Shown here: positions 53,654 through 63,038 of the stretch, in pieces | Numbering within the stretch: the stretch's first letter is position 1 | Layout: every line of letters begins with the position of its first letter | Origin: Thermoplasmata archaeon | GTDB lineage: Archaea > Thermoplasmatota > Thermoplasmata > UBA10834 | Assembly (NCBI GenBank): GCA_041554135.1 | Contig: JBFFML010000004.1 | Span: 37,340-101,339, forward strand | Direction of reading: 5' to 3' | Length of the DNA stretch: 64,000 bases | Notes under the pieces: model-generated | The model's database searches: none | The model's input: only the letters and a program-made list of their open reading frames with translations | Told to the model about the DNA's origin: nothing | Position numbers and translations under genes: made by a program

Positions 53654-56600
53654 TTGGCGGGCAACTATCTTAAGAGCCTACAGCTCCAGAAGCAACTCGA
53701 GCAACGCGCCAAGGAGGCGGCGAAGAGCAAGAGGGTTGCTGAGGAGGAGCGGGAGGCCCTCGAAGGCTTCCTAGAGACCTGCAAGGAGAGTGATGTCGAC
53801 CTCTCAGGCACCGACAGGCTCCTCAGCGAGTTCTCGGCGTCCATGAACGCCAAGGATTATCAATCGGCGATCGGCCTCGCCCGCAAGGCGATCGAGGCCG
53901 CGAAGAGCGCATACCTGCAGAAGATATCCGATGTGGCCGACTCCGTCGATTCGCTGTTGAGACTCATCAAGGGCGACGAGGGAGAGGCAGGCAGCGCGAA
54001 GGGGATCCTGGAGAACAGCAAGGAGCTGGCGCTCAAGGACGACCTCGAAGGCGCGATGAAGAAGGCCAAAGAGGCGTACAACTCGGCGGAGAGGGCATTC
54101 CACGAGCATTTCTCCGCGAGGCTCTCCCAGGCCCAAGAGGTCATCAACCAGGCAAGGGAGATGGGTGAGGACGTCAGCCTTTTCGAGGACCTCGTGACCA
54201 GGTCCAAACACGCGTTGGAGAAGCAGGAGTACGAATCAGGCATATCGCAGCTCACGGAGGCGCTCGAGGGCGCCGGGGAGAACCTGAAGTCGCAGATAGA
54301 GGACGGCATCGATAAAGCGGAGGACCTCACGCGCGCAGGCGAGGGCATCGGCGCCGACATGGACAGGGTCAAGGGCCACACCGAGAGGGCCAAGAGCGCC
54401 CTGGAGACGCTCCGATACAGGGACGCCCTCAGCTATTCCAAGAGAGCCTCCAGCGAGGCCGAGAAGGCAATCTCCAACCAGCTCGGCGACATGACCAGGG
54501 ACATCAAGGAGAGCATGCGCTCGATGAACACGCTCGACGAGGACTCGCGCGAGACGAAGGCACTGCTCGACGAGGTTCAGGACGCCGTCAAGGAGAAGCG
54601 AGTGCAAGAGGCGATCGAGAAGTTCAACGAGGCCAAGGACAAGATACACAGGATCCATTTCCAGACAGTACTCGGCGTCATAGGCAAGGCCAAGGACAAG
54701 TTCGTCCTCGCCAAGAAGGTGGGCGTCGACATGAGCGACGCGATCAAGATGCTGAACGCCTCGAGGGAGAACCTGAAGAAGGGCATGTTCGAGGACGCCA
54801 TAAGGATGGCTGAGGAGAGCGAGGACGCGGTCGAGAAGGCGCTTCAGGTGTTCTACAGGGCGCGCGACGAGCTCGTCGAGCTCAGCAAGGCGATGAAGAC
54901 CGCGAGCGACCTCGGCCACGACGTAAGCGAGTACAAGGAGCTCCTCGTACAGGCCAAGAAGGCGTTCGGGAAGAAGGATTTCGAGGCGTCGTCGAAGGCA
55001 TCCTCGGAGGGTACCGCGAAAGCGAGGAAGGTCATCTACGACGCCGCTTTGGCCAAGACAGAGGAGGCCGACAGAATCATCAAGCTCGGCATAGGGATAG
55101 GCGCCGAGGTGACCGGAGCGGAGGATATCCTCCGCAGGGCTACGGAAGCCATGCCAGGCGAGAACCTCGCCCAGGCGGTCTCGCTGGCGGAGGAGAGCGC
55201 CTCAGCGGCGAGGTCCGCTGTCTCATCGTCGCTCACGGAGAGGCTTGGCAACATAGAGGATTTCGTCGGGGGCTTCGCCCAGGAGGACGAGGTCGTCGAG
55301 AGGGTGCGTGGACTGCTCGAGGAGGCCAAGTCGCATTTGGCCAAGAGCGAGTTCGAGGATGCGCGTCGGCTCGTGCAGGAGATAACCTCCAGCCTCGAAG
55401 GCATGGGCCAGGAGGAGAGCGAACGGCTTGTCGCGGCAGCGCGCGACAGGATCGATATGGCGAAGTCCATAGGTGTGGAGCCGAAGGAGCTGGAAGGGCT
55501 CGAGGAGGGCATGACGCTCGCCCAGGGACAGATAGATAAGAAGGCCTACGAGGAGGCCATCTCCAGGATCAAGGCCGTGGTGAAGGCCGCGGACGACCGT
55601 ATGTTCAAACTGCTACAGGCTGAATTCTCCTCGGTCAAGGACTCGATCGAGGAGGCGAAGACCTTCGGGATCGACGTCAGCGACGCCAGGGACAGGCTCA
55701 AGGACGCCCGGGCCAAGGCGGAATCCCGCGAGTTCGCGGAGGCGCGCGAGATATGTGTCGGGACCAAGGACATCATCGACGAGAAGATAACCAGACACGA
55801 CGACATCAAGAAGAAGATCGAGAGGGCCGAGGAGCTCATACAAGAGGCGTCGAAGAACATAGTCGACGTGTCCAGCCTGACGGATTGGCTGGACCAGGGC
55901 AAGCGGGCGTTCTCGGACGGTCAGCTGGACCAGGCCGAGGCGAAGCTGGACAACACGATCGATGAGACGGAGAAGCGCCTCGCCATGTACCTTGCCGCGA
56001 AGTTCATACTCGCGTCCAAGGAGAACCTGGACCTCGCGACCTCCCATGGCATCGAGGCGGGCGAGGCGGAATCCCTCCTGGTGAAGGCGAAGGAGGAGAT
56101 GAAGAGCAAGGACTACGACGAGGCGCTGGAGCACAGCAGGAAGGCGAGCGAGCTCGTCGCCGCGGCCTTGGCCGATGGTGTCGGCAACATCGTCCAGGAC
56201 TTGCGCAGGATGATCACGGACGCGAAGAACGTCAGCATAGACACCTCAGGCCCCGAGAAGCTCGTCGAGAAGGCGGCGGGACTCATCGGCGGCAAGGACT
56301 TCGCCGGGGCGCTCGCGTGCGTGGACTCGGCGAAGGAGGACATCGACCAGGCAAGGAGCCTGAGCTCCAACGCCGCCGCGGAGATAAAGACCGCGAGGAA
56401 CAACCTGAAGGAAGCCGAGATGCTCAGCATGGAGGTCGGCGACGCCCGCGAGAAGCTGGACCAGGCGATCGAGGCCCTCACGAGGCATCAATACGCGATA
56501 GCCCTCGAACTGGCCAGGAAATCCTCCGAGGCTTCCGTCGAGGCCGCGAAATCGGCCGTCTGGAAGACGCTCGAGGAATTCAAGGCCAAGGTGGACAAGG

Positions 56601-58177
56601 CATCCGAGGAGGGCATGCCCGTCGGCAAGGCCGACAGATGCGTCGCGGACGGCGTAGAGGCGTTCAAGGCCGGCAGATACGAGGAATCGCTCAGGTTCGC
56701 CATGCAGTGCGAGGTCGAGATGGAGCGTGCGGAGCTCCAGAAGGAGATAAGCACCAGGGCCGTGGAGAACGCCCGGCGGAAGATGGACGACGCCACGGCG
56801 GAAGGCATCAAGGCGGACATGGCGATATCGGTCGTCGAGGCTGCCGAGGAACTCCTCGCAAAGGGCAAGTATCCGGAGGCGCTCACGGCGGCGATCGACA
56901 GCGGGGACGTGCTGCACGAGATAAGGGAGAGCTTCGACAGCGCTCGGATAGCCTTCGGCGCTGCTAGGGAGCAGATAGAGAGGCTGAGCAAGGTCAACAT
57001 AGACACCTCCGAATGCGACAGGATCCTGCTGACCGCCAACGAACAGCTCTCGGCACAGGACTTCGACAAGTTCCACGACACCCTGGCGATGTGCTCGACG
57101 AAGGCTGGGGCGTTGTTCGAGGGATCCATAAGCGCCCTCGTCGACGAGACGAGGGAGTTGATATCGAGGGCCAAGTCGATGGGCATAAACACGAAGGGTT
57201 GCGAGGACCTGCTGGAGGTGGCGCAGACCTCCCTCTCCGAGAAGCTCTGGGACTTCGCATATCAGCAGGCGCAGGATTGCAGGGCGAAGTGCGGCGAGCT
57301 GATCGACAAGAAGCTCGGCGGGCTCGCCCGGGAGGCGGAGAGCCGGCTCGACGTGCTCGGCCACCTCGGCACGAGCGTCAAGACGATCAAGAAGGAGATC
57401 GAGAAGGCGAAGTCGCTGGGAAGCTCCGGCGACCATGTGAAGACCTTCGAGACACTCATGGGCATCGACCAGGAGATAGCTCTCCTGGAGGAGTCCAACA
57501 AGAAGTACGTGGACATATCCATAGCCGCGGAGAGCGCCATAGAGAACCTGCGGAGCTTGGGCGGCTCGGTCAAGGAGGCGGAGAGGCTTCTCGCCCTGGC
57601 CGACCTCGAGAAGGAGAAGGACTACGACTCCGCGATAGAGATGGTCGCCGAGGCCCTCGACACGGCCCAGACGGACATCGAGACGTTCGCGCCGGACATA
57701 GGCCTCTCGATAGAGTCGGATGGGCTGCAGGAGGGGGCGAGGGGAGAAATCGTCATAGTCCTTCGGAACGAGGGCAAGGCCGCGGCGAGATCCGTCAGAG
57801 TGGACCTGTCGGGTGAATTCGAGGTCGCGGACATATCGGACGTCCCATCTCTGGAACCAGGCAAAGAGGGACGAGTGGTCGCGGGCATCGTCCCGAAGGT
57901 CCAGGGCGAGCTGTCCATCGACGCGGCCGTCTCGTCGAAGAGACCGTTCGGCGCCACCACGGACACCTTCGAGCTGCAGGGGAAGCTCAACGTGTATCCC
58001 GCGGGACCCCCGTTCAAGATATCCCGCGCGAAGGATGTCTCCCGATGCCAGCTATGCCACGGCAGAATAAAGTCCGGGTTCGACATAGTGTCGTGCAGGT
58101 GCGGCACGGACCTGCATCTGATGTGCGCGAAGAGATCGCAGAGCTGCCCGGTGTGCGGTCAGAGGTTCGAGTTCTAG
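53654..58177 (+). CDS. Giant (1507 aa) alpha-helical repeat protein with C-terminal beta-sandwich (CARDB-like) domain and C4HC3 zinc finger
   Basis: TTG start with aaggag about 12 nt upstream. There is no signal peptide or TM helix. About 20 degenerate units look like G[IV]D[VT]S-x7-10-A[KR]-x2-[LF]-x2-[KR][DE][YF]-x-[EDS]A. Then comes GEIVIVLRNEGKAAARSVRVDLSG...LEPGKEGRVV. The protein ends CQLCHGRIKSGFDIVSCRCGTDLHLMCAKRSQSCPVCG. Confidence 0.7.
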   Translation: MAGNYLKSLQLQKQLEQRAKEAAKSKRVAEEEREALEGFLETCKESDVDLSGTDRLLSEFSASMNAKDYQSAIGLARKAIEAAKSAYLQKISDVADSVDSLLRLIKGDEGEAGSAKGILENSKELALKDDLEGAMKKAKEAYNSAERAFHEHFSARLSQAQEVINQAREMGEDVSLFEDLVTRSKHALEKQEYESGISQLTEALEGAGENLKSQIEDGIDKAEDLTRAGEGIGADMDRVKGHTERAKSALETLRYRDALSYSKRASSEAEKAISNQLGDMTRDIKESMRSMNTLDEDSRETKALLDEVQDAVKEKRVQEAIEKFNEAKDKIHRIHFQTVLGVIGKAKDKFVLAKKVGVDMSDAIKMLNASRENLKKGMFEDAIRMAEESEDAVEKALQVFYRARDELVELSKAMKTASDLGHDVSEYKELLVQAKKAFGKKDFEASSKASSEGTAKARKVIYDAALAKTEEADRIIKLGIGIGAEVTGAEDILRRATEAMPGENLAQAVSLAEESASAARSAVSSSLTERLGNIEDFVGGFAQEDEVVERVRGLLEEAKSHLAKSEFEDARRLVQEITSSLEGMGQEESERLVAAARDRIDMAKSIGVEPKELEGLEEGMTLAQGQIDKKAYEEAISRIKAVVKAADDRMFKLLQAEFSSVKDSIEEAKTFGIDVSDARDRLKDARAKAESREFAEAREICVGTKDIIDEKITRHDDIKKKIERAEELIQEASKNIVDVSSLTDWLDQGKRAFSDGQLDQAEAKLDNTIDETEKRLAMYLAAKFILASKENLDLATSHGIEAGEAESLLVKAKEEMKSKDYDEALEHSRKASELVAAALADGVGNIVQDLRRMITDAKNVSIDTSGPEKLVEKAAGLIGGKDFAGALACVDSAKEDIDQARSLSSNAAAEIKTARNNLKEAEMLSMEVGDAREKLDQAIEALTRHQYAIALELARKSSEASVEAAKSAVWKTLEEFKAKVDKASEEGMPVGKADRCVADGVEAFKAGRYEESLRFAMQCEVEMERAELQKEISTRAVENARRKMDDATAEGIKADMAISVVEAAEELLAKGKYPEALTAAIDSGDVLHEIRESFDSARIAFGAAREQIERLSKVNIDTSECDRILLTANEQLSAQDFDKFHDTLAMCSTKAGALFEGSISALVDETRELISRAKSMGINTKGCEDLLEVAQTSLSEKLWDFAYQQAQDCRAKCGELIDKKLGGLAREAESRLDVLGHLGTSVKTIKKEIEKAKSLGSSGDHVKTFETLMGIDQEIALLEESNKKYVDISIAAESAIENLRSLGGSVKEAERLLALADLEKEKDYDSAIEMVAEALDTAQTDIETFAPDIGLSIESDGLQEGARGEIVIVLRNEGKAAARSVRVDLSGEFEVADISDVPSLEPGKEGRVVAGIVPKVQGELSIDAAVSSKRPFGATTDTFELQGKLNVYPAGPPFKISRAKDVSRCQLCHGRIKSGFDIVSCRCGTDLHLMCAKRSQSCPVCGQRFEF

Positions 58178-59532
58178 CCTGAGCCACCGATCCTCGCCTT
58201 GGATATCCTCAGCGGGGGCGTGAGCACACCGAAGGCCTGTCTCGGTTCCGAGCCGATCATGTCCACTCTCGACAGCAGCTCGGTCACGTCCAGGCCCATG
58301 GTAGCTTGCCGGACCGCGGGGCCGATCGCGCCGTCCTTGACGACATAGCCCTCCATCATCAACGCCGAGAGCTCGCCCGTCGCAAGGTTGGGATAATCGA
58401 AAGTCAACCGGAGGTACACGCCATCCGAGCATTCCCGGATCATCTCCTCCGAGGAGATGTCTCCGCTCTCCACGACAAGGTTCGAGAAGGAGATGCCTGG
58501 CGGATGTCGGAAGCTCCAGACGGCACCGCCCCTTGACGAGTTGCCTGTGTTGTCGACGGAGTCCTTTCCCGCGGTGTATGAGTCGTGGAGATATGTGCTG
58601 AGGACGCCCCGATCGATGACGGCCTTGCTCTTGGACGCGACACCCTCGCCGTCGAACGAAGAACTCCCGGACGACCACGGCAGCGTCGGGTCATCATGGA
58701 TGGACAGAGCGTCAGCTCCCAGAGGGGTCCCCAGCCTGCCCGCGAGGAAGCTCCTGCCCCTCTGTATGTTCTCGGCGTTGGCGCCGCCGCCGATCGAGCT
58801 CGCAAGTATCCAGGCCGCTGCTATCGGGTCGAGTATGACTGGGTGGTCTCCGGTCTCCACCTTCGTCTGCCGGAGGCCGCTGATAGCGTGGCGCATGGCG
58901 CTGCCGCCAACGCTCCTGGGGGAGCTCCTGTCGAGCTTCCTGCCGGACGCGAAGTCGAGGCCTGAGAACATCTGCCCGTCCGAGCGCGCGACGGCCTCAG
59001 CCATCACGTCATACGCGGTGACCTTCTGGTCCACGAGCAGGCCGTTGGTGTTGGCGAGCGCCACCTCGCTCGCCGCGACCATCAGCGAGGCGTTGACCGA
59101 CGATATCCTGCTGTCGGATGCCGCCTCGTCCGCCAGCTCGATGAGGAGCTCGACGGCCTCGTCCGGTTGCAGGCGCGCCGTCGACGCGTCATAGAGGCCG
59201 TCCTGGGGAGAGGGCTTGCCAGGGTCTGGGAGCCCTTTGAAGTCTTCGTCGGCTGTGCCTCCCCTCGCCTGAGATATCGCCATCTCCGCTGCCCGGGTGA
59301 CCTCCCTCTCGTCGTGGCTCGTGCAGTACGCGAACCCCGAGCTTCCGCGGTCGAACACCCTTATGGCCAATCCAGGGTCGTCGGAGAAGCTCGCCTGCTT
59401 CATGGAGCCCCTCTCGATCTCGGCTGTCGTGGCGTGTGTGCTCATGGCGAGGACGTCGCAGATGACGCCTCCCAACGAGCGGACCCTGTCCACCGTCCTC
59501 CCGGCGAGTTCTGACATCTCGTTCATTGGCAC
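58174..59532 (-). CDS. pmbA: PmbA/TldE-family metalloprotease modulator subunit
   Basis: TldD/PmbA-fold sequence without an HExxxH motif. It lies directly downstream of the tldD-like gene, which is the usual pairing. Confidence 0.75.
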   Translation of the reverse strand: MPMNEMSELAGRTVDRVRSLGGVICDVLAMSTHATTAEIERGSMKQASFSDDPGLAIRVFDRGSSGFAYCTSHDEREVTRAAEMAISQARGGTADEDFKGLPDPGKPSPQDGLYDASTARLQPDEAVELLIELADEAASDSRISSVNASLMVAASEVALANTNGLLVDQKVTAYDVMAEAVARSDGQMFSGLDFASGRKLDRSSPRSVGGSAMRHAISGLRQTKVETGDHPVILDPIAAAWILASSIGGGANAENIQRGRSFLAGRLGTPLGADALSIHDDPTLPWSSGSSSFDGEGVASKSKAVIDRGVLSTYLHDSYTAGKDSVDNTGNSSRGGAVWSFRHPPGISFSNLVVESGDISSEEMIRECSDGVYLRLTFDYPNLATGELSALMMEGYVVKDGAIGPAVRQATMGLDVTELLSRVDMIGSEPRQAFGVLTPPLRISKARIGGSG

Positions 59533-59539
59533 CGCCTCC

Positions 59540-60934
59540 TCATGCTACGCCCCCGATGACCATGTCTTCGACCCTGACATGAGGGCCGCCGTCTGTGGTC
59601 CTGGCGTCCTGACCCGATTTGCCGCAGTATCCCGGGTCGACGAGCCTGAAATCGTCCGCTATCCCTGTGATGTTGTTGAGCACTTCGAGTATGATGCCCG
59701 TCAGGATGGCATCCCTGTACCGCTGGCCCAGCTCCCCGTTCCGGATCTCGTAGGCCTCGTCGCACTTGAACATGAACTGACCTTTCGCGGGTTCAACGTA
59801 GCCGTACTGACCTCCCCTTATCAGCAGGCCGGACCTCGTGTCCCCTATCAGCTCGTCCTTCTTCACGTCCCCCGCCTCTATGAACGTGTTGCTCATCCTT
59901 ATGATCGGGGGATTGTAGTACGACTCCGCACGAGAGGCCCCGTTGGCAGGCGTCGCCATCCTGCTGCTGGTCTCCAGGTTGTGCATGAACCCCTTCAGGA
60001 CGCCGCGCTCTATCAGGACGTGCCGGGTCGCCTGAACGCCCTCCCAATCGTATGGGAAGAAGCCGAAGGTGTCAGGGATGGTGGGGTCGTCCACGAGGGT
60101 CACGCACTCGTTCGCCACCTTCGTGCCTTCCAACCCTTCGAGCACTGACGCCCCCGCCAGCACGGCGTCCGCCTCGCAAGCGTGCCCGAACGCCTCGTGT
60201 GCCAGGAGGCCTGTCATCTGATTGTCCAGGATACATGTGAACTTCCCCGCAGGCACGGGCTTCGAATCCAAGAGGCGGATGGCCTGTGCGGCCGCCTCCT
60301 CGCCGACGGTGGCGGCCACTTCGGTCCTCATGAGCTCGTACCCGCCGACGTTGCCGACCGAATGGTGCCCTCTCTGCACGACGCCGTCCGACCTGCCCCA
60401 AGCGGCGCAAGAGGCTATCGTCCAGAACTCCTTCGTGCCCACGAGCGAGCCGAAGGAGTTGGCGACGACCCTGTCGCCCTCGAAATCCTCGTACCTAGTG
60501 TTTCGGCTCGATATTCTCGGATCGTGTGATCTCATCGACTCGTCGAGCGCGAGCGCGAACGACAGCTTCTCCTCCATGGGAACTGAGGAAGGCGCTGTCC
60601 TGCAGGCGTATCTGCTCTTGGTCCTCACGGTCGGGGTGGGCTTCATCTCGAACTGCACTTTCGCCCTCTCACGGCTGACCTTAGCCAACCTCACGGCCTT
60701 CTCAGAGGCGTCCAGCACATCGCGCCTGTCGAGCGAGTTGCAGACCGCGAAACCCCAGCCCCCCTTGCTGAACGCGCGCACGCCGCAGCCAGACTCTATC
60801 CTTGAGGTCACCGTCTTCGTCTTGCCATCCATGACGACGACGCTGACGCCAGAGACCGACTCGAGCCTGACATCAGCGAATTCTGCGCCCAGCTTCGTGC
60901 AGTTGTCAACAGCTGCCTCTGCCACATCATCCAA
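59540..60934 (-). CDS. tldD: TldD-family zinc metalloprotease
   Basis: Active-site motif HEAFGHACEAD, plus a GxC-type C-terminal region (GYCGKSGQ). Confidence 0.85.
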   Translation of the reverse strand: MDDVAEAAVDNCTKLGAEFADVRLESVSGVSVVVMDGKTKTVTSRIESGCGVRAFSKGGWGFAVCNSLDRRDVLDASEKAVRLAKVSRERAKVQFEMKPTPTVRTKSRYACRTAPSSVPMEEKLSFALALDESMRSHDPRISSRNTRYEDFEGDRVVANSFGSLVGTKEFWTIASCAAWGRSDGVVQRGHHSVGNVGGYELMRTEVAATVGEEAAAQAIRLLDSKPVPAGKFTCILDNQMTGLLAHEAFGHACEADAVLAGASVLEGLEGTKVANECVTLVDDPTIPDTFGFFPYDWEGVQATRHVLIERGVLKGFMHNLETSSRMATPANGASRAESYYNPPIIRMSNTFIEAGDVKKDELIGDTRSGLLIRGGQYGYVEPAKGQFMFKCDEAYEIRNGELGQRYRDAILTGIILEVLNNITGIADDFRLVDPGYCGKSGQDARTTDGGPHVRVEDMVIGGVA

Positions 60935-60992
60935 AGACTCATCCCCGATGAGGTGTCGTAATGGCTGCCGGCAAGTTCAATCTATCGCAGCG

Positions 60993-62552
60993 TCAGGCCC
61001 TCTGGAAATCACACGTGCCCGCGGCCACGTCCACAATCGTGCGGTCCTGTACCATGTCAGCTATCGCGCCGATGTCCGCCGACATGGATCGGTCCTCCTC
61101 CAGCCGCGGCACCTTCGACCTGATCGCGTCCCTCACGCTCTCTATCGGCGGGCTGGAGCTGAGTGACACGAAGTCGAGCCCCTGGGCGGCGGCGAGTATC
61201 TCGATCGCTATCACGCGCGTCACGTTCTCGACGATCTTCCTGGCTTTCCACGCGGCCGTCGTCCCCATGCTGTTATGGTCCTCCTGTCCCGCACTCGTCG
61301 ATATGGAATCCGCTGAGGCGGGATGCACCAGCACCTTGTTCTCCGACACAATCGAAGCAGCGACGTACTGCGGCACCATCATGCCCGAGCTGAGGCCGCC
61401 GTGCCTCGTCAGGAACGGTGGCAGGCCGCTGAGTTTGTGGTCGAGGAGCCGGTACAGTCGCCTCTCGGAGAATCCGCCGAGCTCATGCACCGCGAGCCCC
61501 AGGTAGTCCGTGGCCAAAGCTACCGGCTGGCCGTGGAAGTTGCCTCCGGACATGACTTTCTCCTCGTCCGCGAAGTACAGGGGGTTGTCCGTGGCGGAGT
61601 TGACCTCCACGCCGAGGACCTCCATGGAGTACCACACGGCGTCGAGCGTCGCCCCGATGACCTGGGGGATGCATCTCAGCGTGTAGGCGTCCTGAACCCT
61701 CGCGCAGTGCCTGTGGGACAACATGATCTCGCTGTCCTTCAGCAGGGTCATCATGTTCCTCGCCACCGCCATCTGACCCTTGTGCGGCCTAACCCTCGAT
61801 ATGGCCTCCTCGAACGCGGCCGATGTCCCCTTCAAAGCCTCCAGCGACATCGCCGCGGCGATCTGGGCCGCGTCGACCAGGTTCGCGGCGTCCTCCGCCG
61901 CCAGGCAGCCCAAGGCGGTCATCGCCTGCGTGCCGTTTATGAGCGATATGGCCTCCTTGGGCATGAGCTCCAAGGGTGCAAGGCCCGCATCCGAGAGAGC
62001 ATCGGCGGCGTCCCTCGGCCCGGCATCCGACTCGACATGGCCCTCGCCGATCATGACCAGGGCCATGTGGGCGAGCAACGCGAGGTCCCCGCTTGCGCCC
62101 ACCGAGCCCTGTCGCGGCACGACTGGATGGACGCGGGAGTTGAGCATCGACACGAGCATCTCGACTATCTCAGGGCGGACCGCGGAATACCCCTTCGCGA
62201 GGGCGTTCGCCCTCAGCAACATCATCGCCCTCACCACCTCCATGGGCAGCGGCTCGCCTACCGCACAGGCGTGGCTCCTCAGCAGGTTGACCTGAAGGTC
62301 CTTCAGATCGTCGTTCGGCACACGGACATCCAGGAAGTCGCCGACGCCGGTGTTGACGGCGTACACGGGCGCCTCCCTCGTGAGGAGCCCTTCTAGCGAC
62401 GACCTGCAACTCGCCATCCTTGAACGCACGTCGGGGGGGATCTCGACGGCCGCGCCATGGCGCGCTATCCTCACGACCCTGTCCAGCGAAAGGGTCGCCC
62501 CGTCTATCCTGATAGGCCCTGACTGCGCCTCCACTGACTCGGTCACGGACAC
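60993..62552 (-). CDS. hutH: Histidine ammonia-lyase
   Basis: MIO-forming motif GSVGASGDLA, plus NTGVGDF and SAGQEDH. Confidence 0.9.
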   Translation of the reverse strand: MSVTESVEAQSGPIRIDGATLSLDRVVRIARHGAAVEIPPDVRSRMASCRSSLEGLLTREAPVYAVNTGVGDFLDVRVPNDDLKDLQVNLLRSHACAVGEPLPMEVVRAMMLLRANALAKGYSAVRPEIVEMLVSMLNSRVHPVVPRQGSVGASGDLALLAHMALVMIGEGHVESDAGPRDAADALSDAGLAPLELMPKEAISLINGTQAMTALGCLAAEDAANLVDAAQIAAAMSLEALKGTSAAFEEAISRVRPHKGQMAVARNMMTLLKDSEIMLSHRHCARVQDAYTLRCIPQVIGATLDAVWYSMEVLGVEVNSATDNPLYFADEEKVMSGGNFHGQPVALATDYLGLAVHELGGFSERRLYRLLDHKLSGLPPFLTRHGGLSSGMMVPQYVAASIVSENKVLVHPASADSISTSAGQEDHNSMGTTAAWKARKIVENVTRVIAIEILAAAQGLDFVSLSSSPPIESVRDAIRSKVPRLEEDRSMSADIGAIADMVQDRTIVDVAAGTCDFQRA

Positions 62553-62602
62553 GGTGTCACACCCAACATCCGGCTCGTGAATCCCATTGCACGTACCTGA
62601 AC

Positions 62603-63034
62603 TTATTCTTCGCCGCAGCCCTTCGCGCCGTCACGGACGGGGATGAACTTGTAGCCGTAGTGGATCACGCCGGCGGAGCCCTCGTCGCTCAGCTTCCTGA
62701 GGGTCGTCCTGACCTTGGTCCCGATACCTATCTCGCCGGCGTCGCAGTCTATGACCTGGCCCGTCACCATCGTGCCCTCGTCCAGCTCGACCATCGCGAG
62801 GACGTACGGCTTCTGGAGGCTGTGCTCGTCCATGCCCTCGTGCACCTCGGTGAACGAGAACACCTGCCCCGTGCCCCTCAGGTGGGCCGGCTCGATCTTG
62901 CCGACGCTCTTCCTGCGGCATACGGGGCAGATTATCCTCGGCGGGAAGTTGTACTTCCCGCAGCTGTTGCATTTGAAGCCGACCATGTTGTACCTGCTCT
63001 GGTTCTCCCTCCAAAACCTCGGCGCCGTAGCCAT
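62603..63034 (-). CDS. DUF35 zinc-ribbon/OB-fold protein (thiolase/HMG-CoA synthase scaffold type)
   Basis: Zinc ribbon CNSCGKYNFPPRIICPVC followed by an OB-fold region. It lies 4 nt downstream of the thiolase gene. Confidence 0.8.
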   Translation of the reverse strand: MATAPRFWRENQSRYNMVGFKCNSCGKYNFPPRIICPVCRRKSVGKIEPAHLRGTGQVFSFTEVHEGMDEHSLQKPYVLAMVELDEGTMVTGQVIDCDAGEIGIGTKVRTTLRKLSDEGSAGVIHYGYKFIPVRDGAKGCGEE

Positions 63035-63038
63035 CTGT

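Noticed and set aside
56246-57436. 396-aa minus-strand ORF, along with several other 150-270-aa ORFs inside 53654-58177
   Set aside because: All are shadow frames of the giant repeat gene. Only the + frame starting at 53654 runs uninterrupted for 1507 codons with a coherent repeat structure.
58174-58177. Convergent genes sharing a CTAG (TAG stop on both strands)
   Set aside because: This is a trivial consequence of tight packing and has no evident regulatory meaning. The same applies to the 4-nt argF/recJ-like overlap at 15228-15231.
61323-62396. 357-aa plus-strand ORF
   Set aside because: It is antisense to hutH, which has the ASG MIO motif.
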